Below, in pieces: positions 48,126 through 64,000 of a stretch of DNA of 64,000 nucleotides. Below the pieces are notes generated by a model that was given only the letters and a program-made list of their open reading frames with translations, did not search any database and was not told where the DNA came from. Each line of letters starts with the position of its first letter. Position 1 is the first letter of the stretch. The translations under genes and the position numbers were made by a program. Source of the DNA: Hormiphora californensis (taxonomy: Eukaryota > Animalia > Ctenophora); assembly GCA_020137815.1 (NCBI GenBank), contig CM035358.1:7564001-7628000 (forward strand), written 5' to 3'.

Positions 48126-51100
48126 ATGGAAATATCAGCAGAGTACTACAATAATGGTGCAACACCCCTTCCCTCCCCCCGATCTGGGAAAAGGAGGAAT
48201 TGGGAGAATGATGCACCTCCCTCTTATGACCAACTGAAAGGTATCATTTTCTCATTCTTAGATCATTCATGATGTGGTTCTACCTGATTTATCTTGTTGT
48301 TTAGTAACCAGTAACAACATTCAGCTTATCGGTATTTTACAACCCCCCCAATCCCCATTATTTGGAGGAGGCCACACCTAACAACCCCCATTATCCACCC
48401 AGGGAAGTTGTTTAAAGGATGGTATCTGCCTGTTGAGGCAGTGAGTTACCCCATCTCTGAAGAGTGGTTGGCTGACAAGAGACGGATACACATGGTGACC
48501 GTGATAGAACGATTACCTGAGTTTATAGTGGAGACAACCCGAAACCAATCTCCCCCTGCTGCACCACCACCCATAGTGGTGACAGGTGAGATTTTGGTGG
48601 GAGGAGATTTGAGTTAAATGGGGTTGTTTGGTGATTTGATGGGGTTCAATTTAAGTTTTTTAAAGAAGAAAAACCAATCTAATCGACCTCCACGCTCAGA
48701 CTCGGATGGACCCACTTCCCTCCACTCCCCGCCTGATACAATGGATATTCTCCCAGTAAACCACTGGTGCGAGGACTGTGATGGTCGAGTTTCACCACCA
48801 ACTAACTTGTTTATACTGATGGAGTATCTGTTAGAATTATCTGTACCACAGCACCTACTCGGGCATTTCTCTGCATTCAAGGTATTTACATAACATTTCT
48901 AGCTTCTATCGTTTTCGGTGTAAACCCTCTCTAGGTCTCAGACAATCCCCCCTAGCCCCGCCTAATGTTTATCACTGACTCACCTCCCCAGGATCGCCTA
49001 AAAGACTCCTCGCCCCGGTACCGACCCCACTCCGCCAAGGCACCCCATCACTGGGTGTTCGTGGCATGTCATTGTGACGTATCTAGTTGTCGGGGGAACT
49101 TTTATCATAGTCTGACTAACTTTGTACCAGTTTTGGTTGTCCCATGGGAGCGATATAATACTTTTGTGAAGGTATAATAGCATCTTTCTATCTCTGTCTC
49201 TATGTCTTTCCATGCCTGTCTGTCTCTGTCTCCCCATGCCTGTCTGTTTCTGTCCTTATCTCTAGCTCTGTCTGATTACTCTCTACCCTTATTTGTCAGA
49301 CATGTGGGGGTAGTCATGTTATACTCCGACTACCCCAACACGGACCCAGAACTACTGGTCACACTAAATACTGGATCCAGCGTGTTGCCCAGAAGTTATC
49401 TCTTGGACATGTCTGGATTGTTGAGGACCAGGTTCGGGGGTTTTACAAAACTGAACCAGGACACCCCGTACCAACCCGGAGAGATGGTGAGTGGGTGTGA
49501 TCACACACTTTATTTAGACTTACATCTACTGAAAGTTGTGATCCTTCAATAAAATTGTGATGAACTGATACAAATGATTAGGAAGACTTCAATTAGTTAG
49601 TAAAGCATATATTTGAACATCAAGCTTCAGGGCACGTAGTTCAAACTCAAATCAAAGTGAAAATATACATATTACATGTAAGACGTCTACTATCTACTGT
49701 CTACTCTTTTATAGCAGTTGAATTATATCTTTGGCTCAAAAACGTTTGCCAATGGGGCAGCATAATCCATAGAACGATAATCCCAAGGATAAGTTTACAA
49801 AGATTTATGAGTACACATTTGATTTTGTGTAACACAAACTTGTCAGCAGTAATCATGAGTGAACAGATATCGCACTTGATTTTCCTTTTCTTGCACCGTT
49901 TTACGAGATGTCCAGAGAGACAGTTGGCAGGAAAAGTCTCAGGGCAATTGTTTGGGCAGTCTATAATCCGATAAGGGCAGCTGATCCGTAAGTGTTCAGT
50001 GATTGTGTCTTTAGCACCAACTTTACCACAGCCACAATGGACAATCCTCTTGGGGCAAAACAGCACCTTGTGATCTTCTAAACCCCTGAATTCCAATTTC
50101 TTCTGACACTTTTGACAAGTAACAAGACGATAGTTGCAAGATTGCATATGATCGCTGATGCGATTTTCAATTTGCTGACAATGTGGACATCTATCTTTTC
50201 GCTGGGCACATTTGGTTGATCGATGTTCGGCAAAGTCCTCTCTCCACACATTGATTTCACAGTCCGTACATCTTAGGACATCTTTTGGGCAAACGTGATG
50301 CTGGTACACCTTTACTGTCATCATTTTCTCGCACGTTCGACACTGAACACTTCTGTATAGGCATTCTGATCTGTCATGCCTATCCATTTCAGTCAATTTT
50401 AAAGTGACTGAGCATTTAGGACATTTAACTTGTCTTTCCGGGCATTTTGTTTCATGGAGGTCAATACTTCGATCAGGAAATGTATCTCCACAGTACTCAC
50501 ATTTGACTGGCCGCTCACGACAGGATCTTTTGTGGGGCACTAGTGTCTTTGCAGTAAACCTATTTTTACAGTGCTCGCAATCAGCTGGACGTTCCGGACA
50601 GAATCTTTTGTGATTTTCAACTTCTCGAGCAGGAAAACTGTATCCACAGTGCCCACATTTGACTGGCCGTTCAGGACATGAAATCTCGTGGAGCCCAATT
50701 CTCCAAGCAGGAAACTTATTCATGCAGTAATCGCAATCAACTTGACGTTCCGGGCAAGATCCTTTGTGGTCTTCAAGTTTTCGATCAAGAAATGTATCTC
50801 CACAGAGTTCGCAATCGACAGAACGTTCAGGACAGGATTCCTCGTGGGTTTGAAGTTCTCGGGCTTTAAATGTTTTGTCACAGTGCTCACAATCTTCTGG
50901 ACGTTCAGTACAAGACTCTTCATGGGGTTGAAGTTCTCTAACTAGCAATGATTTAAAACAGTACTCACAATATACAGACCGCTCAGGACAGGATCCAATA
51001 TGGGCTAGAAAATGTTGTACTTGAAATGTTTTTTTACAATAAATGCAATTGACAGGTCGTTCAGGACAGGATCTTTTGTGGGACACTATCGTCTGAGCAG

Positions 51101-53441
51101 TAAACCTGTTTTTACAGTAATCGCAATCAACTGGACGTTCCGGACAAGATCTTTTGTGATTTTGAATTTCGCAAGCTATAAACCATTTATTCCTGCAGTG
51201 CTTGCAATCGTCCGGACGTTCCGGACAAGATCTAATTATATCGACTAGAAAATGCTGGACTTGAAATGTATCTCCACAGAGCTCACATTTGGCTGGTCTT
51301 TCAGGACAGGATATTTCGTGGAGCCCTATTGTCCGAGCAGTAAACCTATCACTGTTACAGTAATCGCAATCAACGTGACGTTCCGGACAAGATCTTTTGT
51401 GATTTTGAATTTCTCGAGCAAGAAATTTATTTCTACAGTGCTCACATTTGACTGGTCGTTCAGGACATAGGAGTTGATGTGCCAAAACCTGGGGCATTGA
51501 ACCAAATCTTCTACAATATTTGCACGTCATTGGCCTTAGAGGGCAGGACTGTTGATGGGATTGTGTAACTTTTGCTGGGAAGTGAATCTCACAAAACTCA
51601 CACTCAACTGGCCGTTCTGCACAAGATAATTGGTGTAACCGAAGTGAGCTGGCTCTCATTTTTCCCTCACAGTGGTCACACTCAATCGGCCGTTCTGCAC
51701 AAGAATTCTCCCCGTGATCAATTAGCTGGCAAAACTGCAACTCCACTGAGCATAGCTCACAGTTCACAAGACGCCTTGGACAACGGCTCTCACTATGACT
51801 TGATAGGTTCTCAAAATTTAGAGTCGCCTCGCATTGGGTACATTTCACTGTTCGTTTTGGACAAACGCTCCGACTATGTTCCTTCCTATCACAAAGGGGA
51901 ATCATTTGCTTACATTTCTTACATGGAACAAGCCGCTTAGAGCACACCATTTCTATGTGGTGAGTTAGATCAGAATTCCGAATTGATAAAGAGCAATGAG
52001 GACAGTTCACCATTCTTCCCGGGCAGAGTTTATTAGTGTGGTTCGGCAGTGCGTCCAAAGTTATACTAATCTTACATTTGTTGCATATGACAAGGCGCTT
52101 CGGACAGGAGTCATCTAGATGGGGTTGTAGAGCATCCCAGGCCATTTCCCCATGACATTGATCACATTCCACGACCCTTTTCTCACAGTAGCTCTGCTGA
52201 TGTCGGTCCAAATCGCAACGTGTTACCTCTCGCCCACATAACTCACAGGGCACCTTCTGGTTTCCAATAATTCGTCGGACAGGAATTAGAATGTAGGTTG
52301 AAATGGGTCGATTTCTGCAGTTAGGACAGGAGGTACATCGGATGATACATCCTTCACAGTAGAGTTGGTGGCAGCAGTTGGTAGCGACTGCATCCTTGCA
52401 AACATCCAGACAGATTAGGCAGTTGAACTCATCTGACATCTACCTGTATAAAGATTGATAACTAAATAATAAATAAAAGATGTTGTACAGACAGTCACCA
52501 AGTTCCAACAGACAAGAAACAAAACAAGCAAAACATCACAGATATTTGAAACCTGGTCTGATAACAGCTCTCATGTGATATTTTAGTTATAAAATGTAAC
52601 ATGCGTCATGAGGCAGAATGAACAATATCATATTTGCTGTTATATGATATTATGATGGAGCAAAGGAAGGCACACTGCCACACTGGGACGTGTACCTACT
52701 GGGAAAAGACAATAGGAAGGGAAAATATTACGTTTGTCACGCGGCAATATGAAGCAAGGGAAGTGTTAGTGGGGTCACGATAATTAAGCTTCCAATAGCG
52801 CTAGCCAATAATTTAACAAACTACAAATCCCCCAGGAACGAAATGGAGTTTTGACAGAGAACAGGTGTCCTCACGTCAGGTATCTTTTGGGGAGATTGTG
52901 GGCTGTTTGGAGGAGGTGATGAGGGGAGAAGAGAGTAGTGATAACCCAATATGTGCCATCGGTCCTACCACTCAGGTGATTAAAATACAAGTTAATTTCA
53001 TTGTGTTGTTCAACAATTAGGAATTGAATCGAAAAGATATCACGTGATTAACCACAAAACATACGGTTCAATTGATCCCAAAACAGTTTTATAACACCCT
53101 TCATCTAGATAGGGGCAGCTGCGGACGCATACCACTACGATATACCCTGTGGGGTCCTCCTCCTAAACCTTAGAGCAATGGGGGATCTGAAGTTCCGCCC
53201 TGAGTTACATCAGATAGAAACACAGGTATTGTTTGATAACCATCAAACTGTGGGAATTTGAGAATAATTCACTCGATCGGAGGTGGAGTTTTGTGTCTTT
53301 TTGAGCCGTGTGATTAATTGATTTATTCAACTAATTACCGGGTTTTTATTTCAGGTTTTTGGATGCGAGGCTGTCAAGTCGGGTAAACGGGTTCTTGTGG
53401 CCAATTCGTTTGTCCTTCTAGACTCCACGTGGGACTCTTGA
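48126..53441 (+). CDS. GREB1/TAGT-like GT-A fold glycosyltransferase-domain protein, 396 aa; exons 48126-48240, 48403-48585, 48700-48881, 48992-49171, 49300-49486, 52836-52975, 53109-53225, 53355-53441
   Basis: Eight exons splice in phase to 1191 nt; VLVVPWERYNTFVK..HVILRLP..TGHTKYWIQ..VWIVEDQ..VSFGEIVGCLE..ICAIG..GVLLLNL..LKF..ETQVF..SGKRVLVANSFVL follows the GREB1 C-terminal domain order. Confidence 0.7.
49701..52439 (-). CDS. Intronless RING + 31 TRAF-type zinc fingers + C-terminal hydrophobic helix (no MATH domain), nested antisense in intron 5 of the GREB1-like gene
   Basis: CLICLDVC..CCHQLYCEGC..CPNCR RING; repeated CxxC-x11-12-H-x2-4-C-P-x-R units; C-terminal LILGIIVLWIML. Confidence 0.93.
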   Translation of the reverse strand: MSDEFNCLICLDVCKDAVATNCCHQLYCEGCIIRCTSCPNCRNRPISTYILIPVRRIIGNQKVPCELCGREVTRCDLDRHQQSYCEKRVVECDQCHGEMAWDALQPHLDDSCPKRLVICNKCKISITLDALPNHTNKLCPGRMVNCPHCSLSIRNSDLTHHIEMVCSKRLVPCKKCKQMIPLCDRKEHSRSVCPKRTVKCTQCEATLNFENLSSHSESRCPRRLVNCELCSVELQFCQLIDHGENSCAERPIECDHCEGKMRASSLRLHQLSCAERPVECEFCEIHFPAKVTQSHQQSCPLRPMTCKYCRRFGSMPQVLAHQLLCPERPVKCEHCRNKFLAREIQNHKRSCPERHVDCDYCNSDRFTARTIGLHEISCPERPAKCELCGDTFQVQHFLVDIIRSCPERPDDCKHCRNKWFIACEIQNHKRSCPERPVDCDYCKNRFTAQTIVSHKRSCPERPVNCIYCKKTFQVQHFLAHIGSCPERSVYCEYCFKSLLVRELQPHEESCTERPEDCEHCDKTFKARELQTHEESCPERSVDCELCGDTFLDRKLEDHKGSCPERQVDCDYCMNKFPAWRIGLHEISCPERPVKCGHCGYSFPAREVENHKRFCPERPADCEHCKNRFTAKTLVPHKRSCRERPVKCEYCGDTFPDRSIDLHETKCPERQVKCPKCSVTLKLTEMDRHDRSECLYRSVQCRTCEKMMTVKVYQHHVCPKDVLRCTDCEINVWREDFAEHRSTKCAQRKDRCPHCQQIENRISDHMQSCNYRLVTCQKCQKKLEFRGLEDHKVLFCPKRIVHCGCGKVGAKDTITEHLRISCPYRIIDCPNNCPETFPANCLSGHLVKRCKKRKIKCDICSLMITADKFVLHKIKCVLINLCKLILGIIVLWIMLPHWQTFLSQRYNSTAIKE

Positions 53442-53612
53442 GAGTTAGTCTCAAATAAGACGCAGTGAGGAGATGTGAGAGTCAGTGCCTGACAAGACAT
53501 CTGACATGAGTAACCAAAGGACAATGTCTGTCTGTCAGGCTGTACATAATATTTTGGACATCGGCAAAGTCCGACGGCAGAGTGTGAATGAATAGAAAGT
53601 TCAAAGAAATAG

Positions 53613-54300
53613 TAATAATAATAATAATAATATTCCGCGCTTATATACCGCCCATACCCGACAGAGACATGTCAAAATATTGACGATGTTCCGCCGAATC
53701 ATCAGAGCGGTATATCCTCGACTACTTATATGACACACTCGAACAGCTCTGGTTGAAAAACAATATATAGACGACTAAATAAACTTGACTTATAAAACTG
53801 AGGGAATAACTGGTCCCATAATCCTGTAGATATAAATTAAAACACACTATACTCACACCTGCTCGAAAAAAGGATACTAGGTAATGAATTAATAACATGG
53901 CTAGAGAGAGGATGACACTGATTGCCCGCAGGCCCCACAACTACAACAAACATTACAACTCAGCCATGGGTTCCCCATCACCCACTCCAAATGCACCAAC
54001 GAAGAGATGTGTTTTCAGCCGGGTTTTGAAAGTATCCACATTGGGGATTGACCTGAGCTCAAGAGGAAGCTCATTCCAGACAGAGGGCAGGAATACTGAT
54101 AACCTCCTACGTCTCAACTTAGAGTTGGCATTGATACTGGTCATCTTTGGATGTTTTAACCTATAGGGATCCGGAACATTAGTCATCCTCGTTGTCCTAG
54201 AGGTTCCCCAAGTCTCATCACGTGGCACCAAATCCTGGAGATAACACGGGGCTGTTCCATTGACTATTTTGTAGGCAATCAAACATGCTTTGAAGTCCAA
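53613..54300 (-). mobile_element. 5'-truncated L2 LINE related to the copy at 1-1263
   Basis: FKACLIAYKIV..NANSKLRRRRLSVFLPSVWNELPLELR..FKTRLKT; conserved 3' stem-loop and (TTA)n tail. Confidence 0.9.
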
Positions 54301-55638
54301 CCAATAGCAAAATTATTATACTTTAGGTTTATTTAGGCGAAATGGTTATAGATTTGTCAGATTTATGAATTTTATTTAGCCCTTTGAATACTTGAGTAGT
54401 CAGTAGATACAACTGATTTCTGAGATCTGAGACAGGTCATAGGATTTTCCGTTGTTTGAAATTGCATGTTTTATATGATGAAGTTTGAATATTTTAACTT
54501 TTTGTTCACTTACTGGACAGTGACCAGTAAAGTTCAACTAATGTATGCTCATTATTTGTCCTATCTCAGTTGATCGCTCCACACGGTTGCTCTTGGGAAC
54601 CTGATCTCAACATGTCTGTAACGCGCGAAGTGCCCAATACTGACAAAGCTCAAACTGTCATCCAGCAGTGTAACACTGCGCGCTGCCCAGATCTGAGAAG
54701 TCTCACGTTCGGTACGTGATGCGCGCCTTCACTCGCGCGGTGTGGTCTATGTTGAGGTACACGCGCGTTACGGTACCGTTTGCTACCCGATCGCCTAAAT
54801 TCCACACATCGATTGGAATTTGAATCAGATCATCATTGCATACGTCATAGCCGTGACGTGAGTGGGATTACACACAGCCTTGGTTATCACCACACCAAAC
54901 AATCTTGCATGGGGCTCGGTTAGAAAAAGATAAAACACGGTATTTTAATAAGTTGTAACAGCTAAATAAATTGATAATCATTCCAGTCAATAATAAAACA
55001 ACCACTCCTTTACATATCGAACAATTAATCTTAACATAATGCACTAAAAATATCCCGAGATGCTACGGTGGGTGTCTAAAAGCAAAGTCCCAAAGTTCTT
55101 GATCAAATCGAGACTACATCAAGGTTGCCTGAATATACAAACAAGTGTCCAGTATCCTCACATTCCGTTTGTTTTATCTTGAGAGAGGGTCAGCAAGTTT
55201 ATCCCCAACCCTGAAAGAATAAGCAAGTTATAATTTGGCTGTTAGAAACTCGTGACTGGGAACTGAAAGAAAAGAAAACCCGTTAATTATTATAATTTAT
55301 TATTATTATTAACGAAGAATCTCTTTCGCAAAACTCTCAGCAAACTAGCAAAATAATCTGGGTAAAATATTTACAGGACTCTGTACATTCTTGTTCGGTA
55401 ATAAAACTTATAAAAATATAATAACAATTTACAGTACACTTTTTTTCTAGTGTTTTTGTCACGACATATTTTCCTTGATCTTTGTATATATCTGTCTCAT
55501 TTTTGTTTTTTTCTCAGCATTACTCTATCTGTTTCCTTATTTTCACTATCTCTTTATCTCAACAAAATGTCTCTCTGAATCTCTGTCTCCCTCTGATTTC
55601 TCCTTCTCCCTAGTCCCTCTTTTTCTCTCTCTTTTCCT

Positions 55639-60875
<5,237 letters not shown>

Positions 60876-61086
60876 GGTAGGGGGAGAAAGGGAGTCGTGA
60901 GAATCGCGAAAACCAGTCATGAGTTGCATGATGTATGTGATCTCACTCTTTATGGCCAATTGTTGTTCTGGTGAGTGGTGATGTTTATTTAAGCCACTGT
61001 CATGGCGGTATACAGTGACACATGGTGTAACACATGTTGGTGTATACAATTGATATTGATTATGACAGCTGCACCAGCAGCGCAAT

Positions 61087-61830
61087 ATTCAATAGACAGT
61101 TGGAGCCACAGATACTAATTCATCCAAAATTCAATAGACAGTTGGAGCCACAGATACTAATTCATCCAAAATTCAATAGACAGTTGGAGCCACAGATACT
61201 AATTCATCCAAAATTCAATAGACAGTTGGAGCCACAGATACTAATTCATCCAAAATTCAATAGACAGTTGGAGCCACAGATACTAATTCATCCAAAATTC
61301 AATAGACAGTTGGAGCCACAGATACTAATTCATCCAAAATTCAATAGACAGTTGGAGCCACAGATACTAATTCATCCAAAATTCAATAGACAGTTGGAGC
61401 CACAGATACTAATTCATCCAAAATTCAATAGACAGTTGGAGCCACAGATACTAATTCATCCAAAATTCAATAGACAGTTGGAGCCACAGATACTAATTCA
61501 TCCAAAATTCAATAGACAGTTGGAGCCACAGATACTAATTCATCCAAAATTCAATAGACAGTTGGAGCCACAGATACTAATTCATCCAAAATTCAATAGA
61601 CAGTTGGAGCCACAGATACTAATTCATCCAAAATTCAATAGACAGTTGGAGCCACAGATACTAATTCATCCAAAATTCAATAGACAGTTGGAGCCACAGA
61701 TACTAATTCATCCAAAATTCAATAGACAGTTGGAGCCACAGATACTAATTCATCCAAAATTCAATAGACAGTTGGAGCCACAGATACTAATTCATCCAAA
61801 ATTCAATAGACAGTTGGAGCCACAGATACT
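61087..61830. repeat. Perfect 42-bp tandem array (17.7 copies) abutting the RTE 3' tail
   Basis: unit attcaatagacagttggagccacagatactaattcatccaaa. Confidence 0.97.
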
Positions 61831-64000
61831 TACTTACTTGTACTTGAAGGGGTCTCCTCAATCGTTAGAGTGGCCCGCGTCGGAATATCTCGCTCTTCTT
61901 GAAAATCGCCGCCACTCGTCACGATCTTGTGCTTTCCCCATCAAGTCCTCTTTGGTCTCATCAACTCCTGAAACAGCACAGGCATCCTCACGGACACACT
62001 TCAGCCAAGTCTTCCTAGGTCGTCCTCTAGATCTCTTCCCATGTCTAGGGACCCAGTTCATGAAGATCTTCGGGATCCGATGTTCTGGCATCCTGGACAC
62101 ATGACCAAACCATCGTAGCCGGTTCGAGGAGATGTATCCCTGCACTGTACTGATTCCCGCTCTCTTCAAGACCTTAACATTGCTCACTTTGTTGTACCAC
62201 CTGATTTTAAGGATACGGCGGAGACAGGTCTGGTGGAAAACCTCCAAACGGTGCATCTGTGCCTTGGTAGTGTTCCAGGTCTCACTCCCATACAGTAGGA
62301 TGGTCAGGATCGCAGCCTCATAAATACGAATTTTTGTTCGCTCCAGGATGTTACGATTGTTCCAGACCTTCCCCAAGCACCGGAATGCACCTGATCCCTT
62401 CCCAATTCTAGAAGCAAGTTCGCCATCCAGTTTCCCATCGTAACTTATCTTCGATCCCAGGTAGGTGAAATCTCTGACCTGACTAATTTCTGTGTCCCCT
62501 ATGGTAAGACTGACTTCTGGTGGAGGCTGTACACTAGATTTAGCAACAGCCATGGCCTCGGTCTTCCTGGTGTTCACCTTCAGCCCGGCATACTCAGAAA
62601 ACTTGCAGATTAAGTCAGTAGATTCCTGCAGCCCCGCCTCTGTGCTATCCATGACCGCCATGTCGTCAGCGTAGTCACAATCAAGTACCGTCTCTACTGA
62701 GTCTCCTTCCTGCCTCAGTACTAACCCTCGGGACGGACTTCCATGCGCCTCACTAAGCTCCACGGCCAGGTTCAGGCAGACATTAAACACCACAGGCCCC
62801 TGAATGTCACCCTGACCTGTGCCCGATAGAACCTCGAACCACTCCGACAGTCCACCAGCCCACCTAACCGCGCTGACAGTCCCATCAAAGAAGCTCCTGA
62901 GGATTCTGATGTATTTATCGGGGAGGCCATAGTACTTGAACGCAGCCCAAATGAACCCTCTGTTAATCGAATCAAAAGCAGCCTTAAAGTCAATAAAATT
63001 GACAAAGAGGGGCAGGTTATACTCTGAAGCCTGGTGGATGGCCATCCTCAGTGAGAAAATCTGATCAATGCAGGATCGGCCCCTCCGAAACCCACACTGG
63101 TTTTCTCGTAGAAGTCTCTCGAGCCCATCCTCCATTCTGCCCAGAAGTACCATTTGAAAGAGCTTAGAGGTGGTGGCTCTAAGGGTAATTCCGCGGTTGT
63201 TTCCACATACCGATGAGTCTCCTTTTTTCGGGAGAACGGTAATAACTCCCTTGAGCCAGTCAGATGGTACCTTCTCAGACTCCCACACCTCTCCAAACAG
63301 TGCCTCCAGTGGTCCCACAAGCACCGCACTACCAAACTTCAGCTCCTCATTTGAAACTCCGTCTAGTCCTGGACACTTGTGGTTCTTGAGACGCTTGAGA
63401 GCGGTGCTGATCTCAGTGATTGTTGGTGCAGCGTCGCTATCTTCAAGCTCCGAAAAACAAGGCCGCCCTGAAAGCTCCCCCAAATCCACCAGATTAACCG
63501 GAGATGCTTGGGGATTCAGAAGCGTCGTAAAGTGTTCCGCCCATCTTCCTCTCTGCTGGTCGACCTCGGAAAGGAGGTTACCCGCATTGTCCCGGACAGC
63601 AACACCCTTCGAATTCGCCTTACCAGCGATCTGTTTGGTAAGCTGCCAAACATCCCTCTGGTTACCACACCTTGCTGCACCTTCCAAATCATCAGCTAGT
63701 TTGTCCGCCCACAACTGCTCGTCCTCCCTACTGCTCCTCTTTGCCACCTTCCTTAACCTGCCGTAATCCTCACTAGCTGTTTCACCCTTCCTCTTAGCTT
63801 CAGCTCTCTGGCTAATAAGATCCTTGGTGGTATCAGACAGATGACACTGCCTCTTCTGGGCTGGTCGTTTCCCCAGAATTTCCAAAGACGTGTCAGTGAT
63901 GGTGTTCCTGAAGAAATCCCACCTAGATTCCAAATCTACTCCATCCTCCAGTTCTTCGAACCGGTTTTTGAGAGCAACCTGGTATTCTACGATCTTACTC
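61829..64000 (-). mobile_element. RTE-clade LINE with uninterrupted RT ORF (stop 61858), very short 3' UTR, (TAAG)n tail; runs off the window end
   Basis: NNRGITL, ENQCGFRRGRSC.DQIF, FIDFKAAFDSI, YADD, LLYGSETW, RLRWFGHVSRM, GKRSRGRPRKTW. Confidence 0.95.

Noticed and set aside
61034-62104. 356-aa ORF of FNRQLEPQILIHPK repeats; array might look CRISPR-like
   Set aside because: Stop-free reading of a 42-bp array plus antisense RTE; units are identical with no spacers, no cas genes, eukaryotic context

Overview
Eukaryotic (animal) genomic DNA, gene-dense and TE-rich, with short GT-AG introns and one 100-N scaffold gap (39145-39244). The repeat families, the secreted 'IPWDLE..PLQIKT' domain proteins, nested genes and splice acceptors just upstream of start codons suggest a ctenophore (Pleurobrachia/Hormiphora-like); this is an inference, not a database match. 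Gene models spliced by hand with consistent phases: a 9-exon THAP + coiled-coil + BEN-like gene; a minus-strand run of low-complexity gene(s), MED29, a TMEM186-like gene, GTF2H5 and TMEM94 (with three antisense genes nested in TMEM94 introns); an ankyrin PP1-regulator; a secreted Sushi protein; the last exons of an ARMC2-like gene; an 8-exon GREB1/TAGT-like glycosyltransferase-fold gene hosting an intronless RING + 31 TRAF-finger gene; and the 3' exons of a copine. Mobile DNA: L2, CR1 and RTE LINEs, hAT, pogo/Tc1, CCC-ended and Harbinger-like non-autonomous elements, a 1.5 kb foldback element and tandem Helitrons. Most notable: two precisely delimitable ORF1-only ('half-LINE') retroposons, the degenerate GREB1/JGT-like enzyme, and repeated duplications of splice junctions, including an apparent intron gain and a ~20-fold amplified acceptor. 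Homology calls come from recalled family motifs, not from searches.
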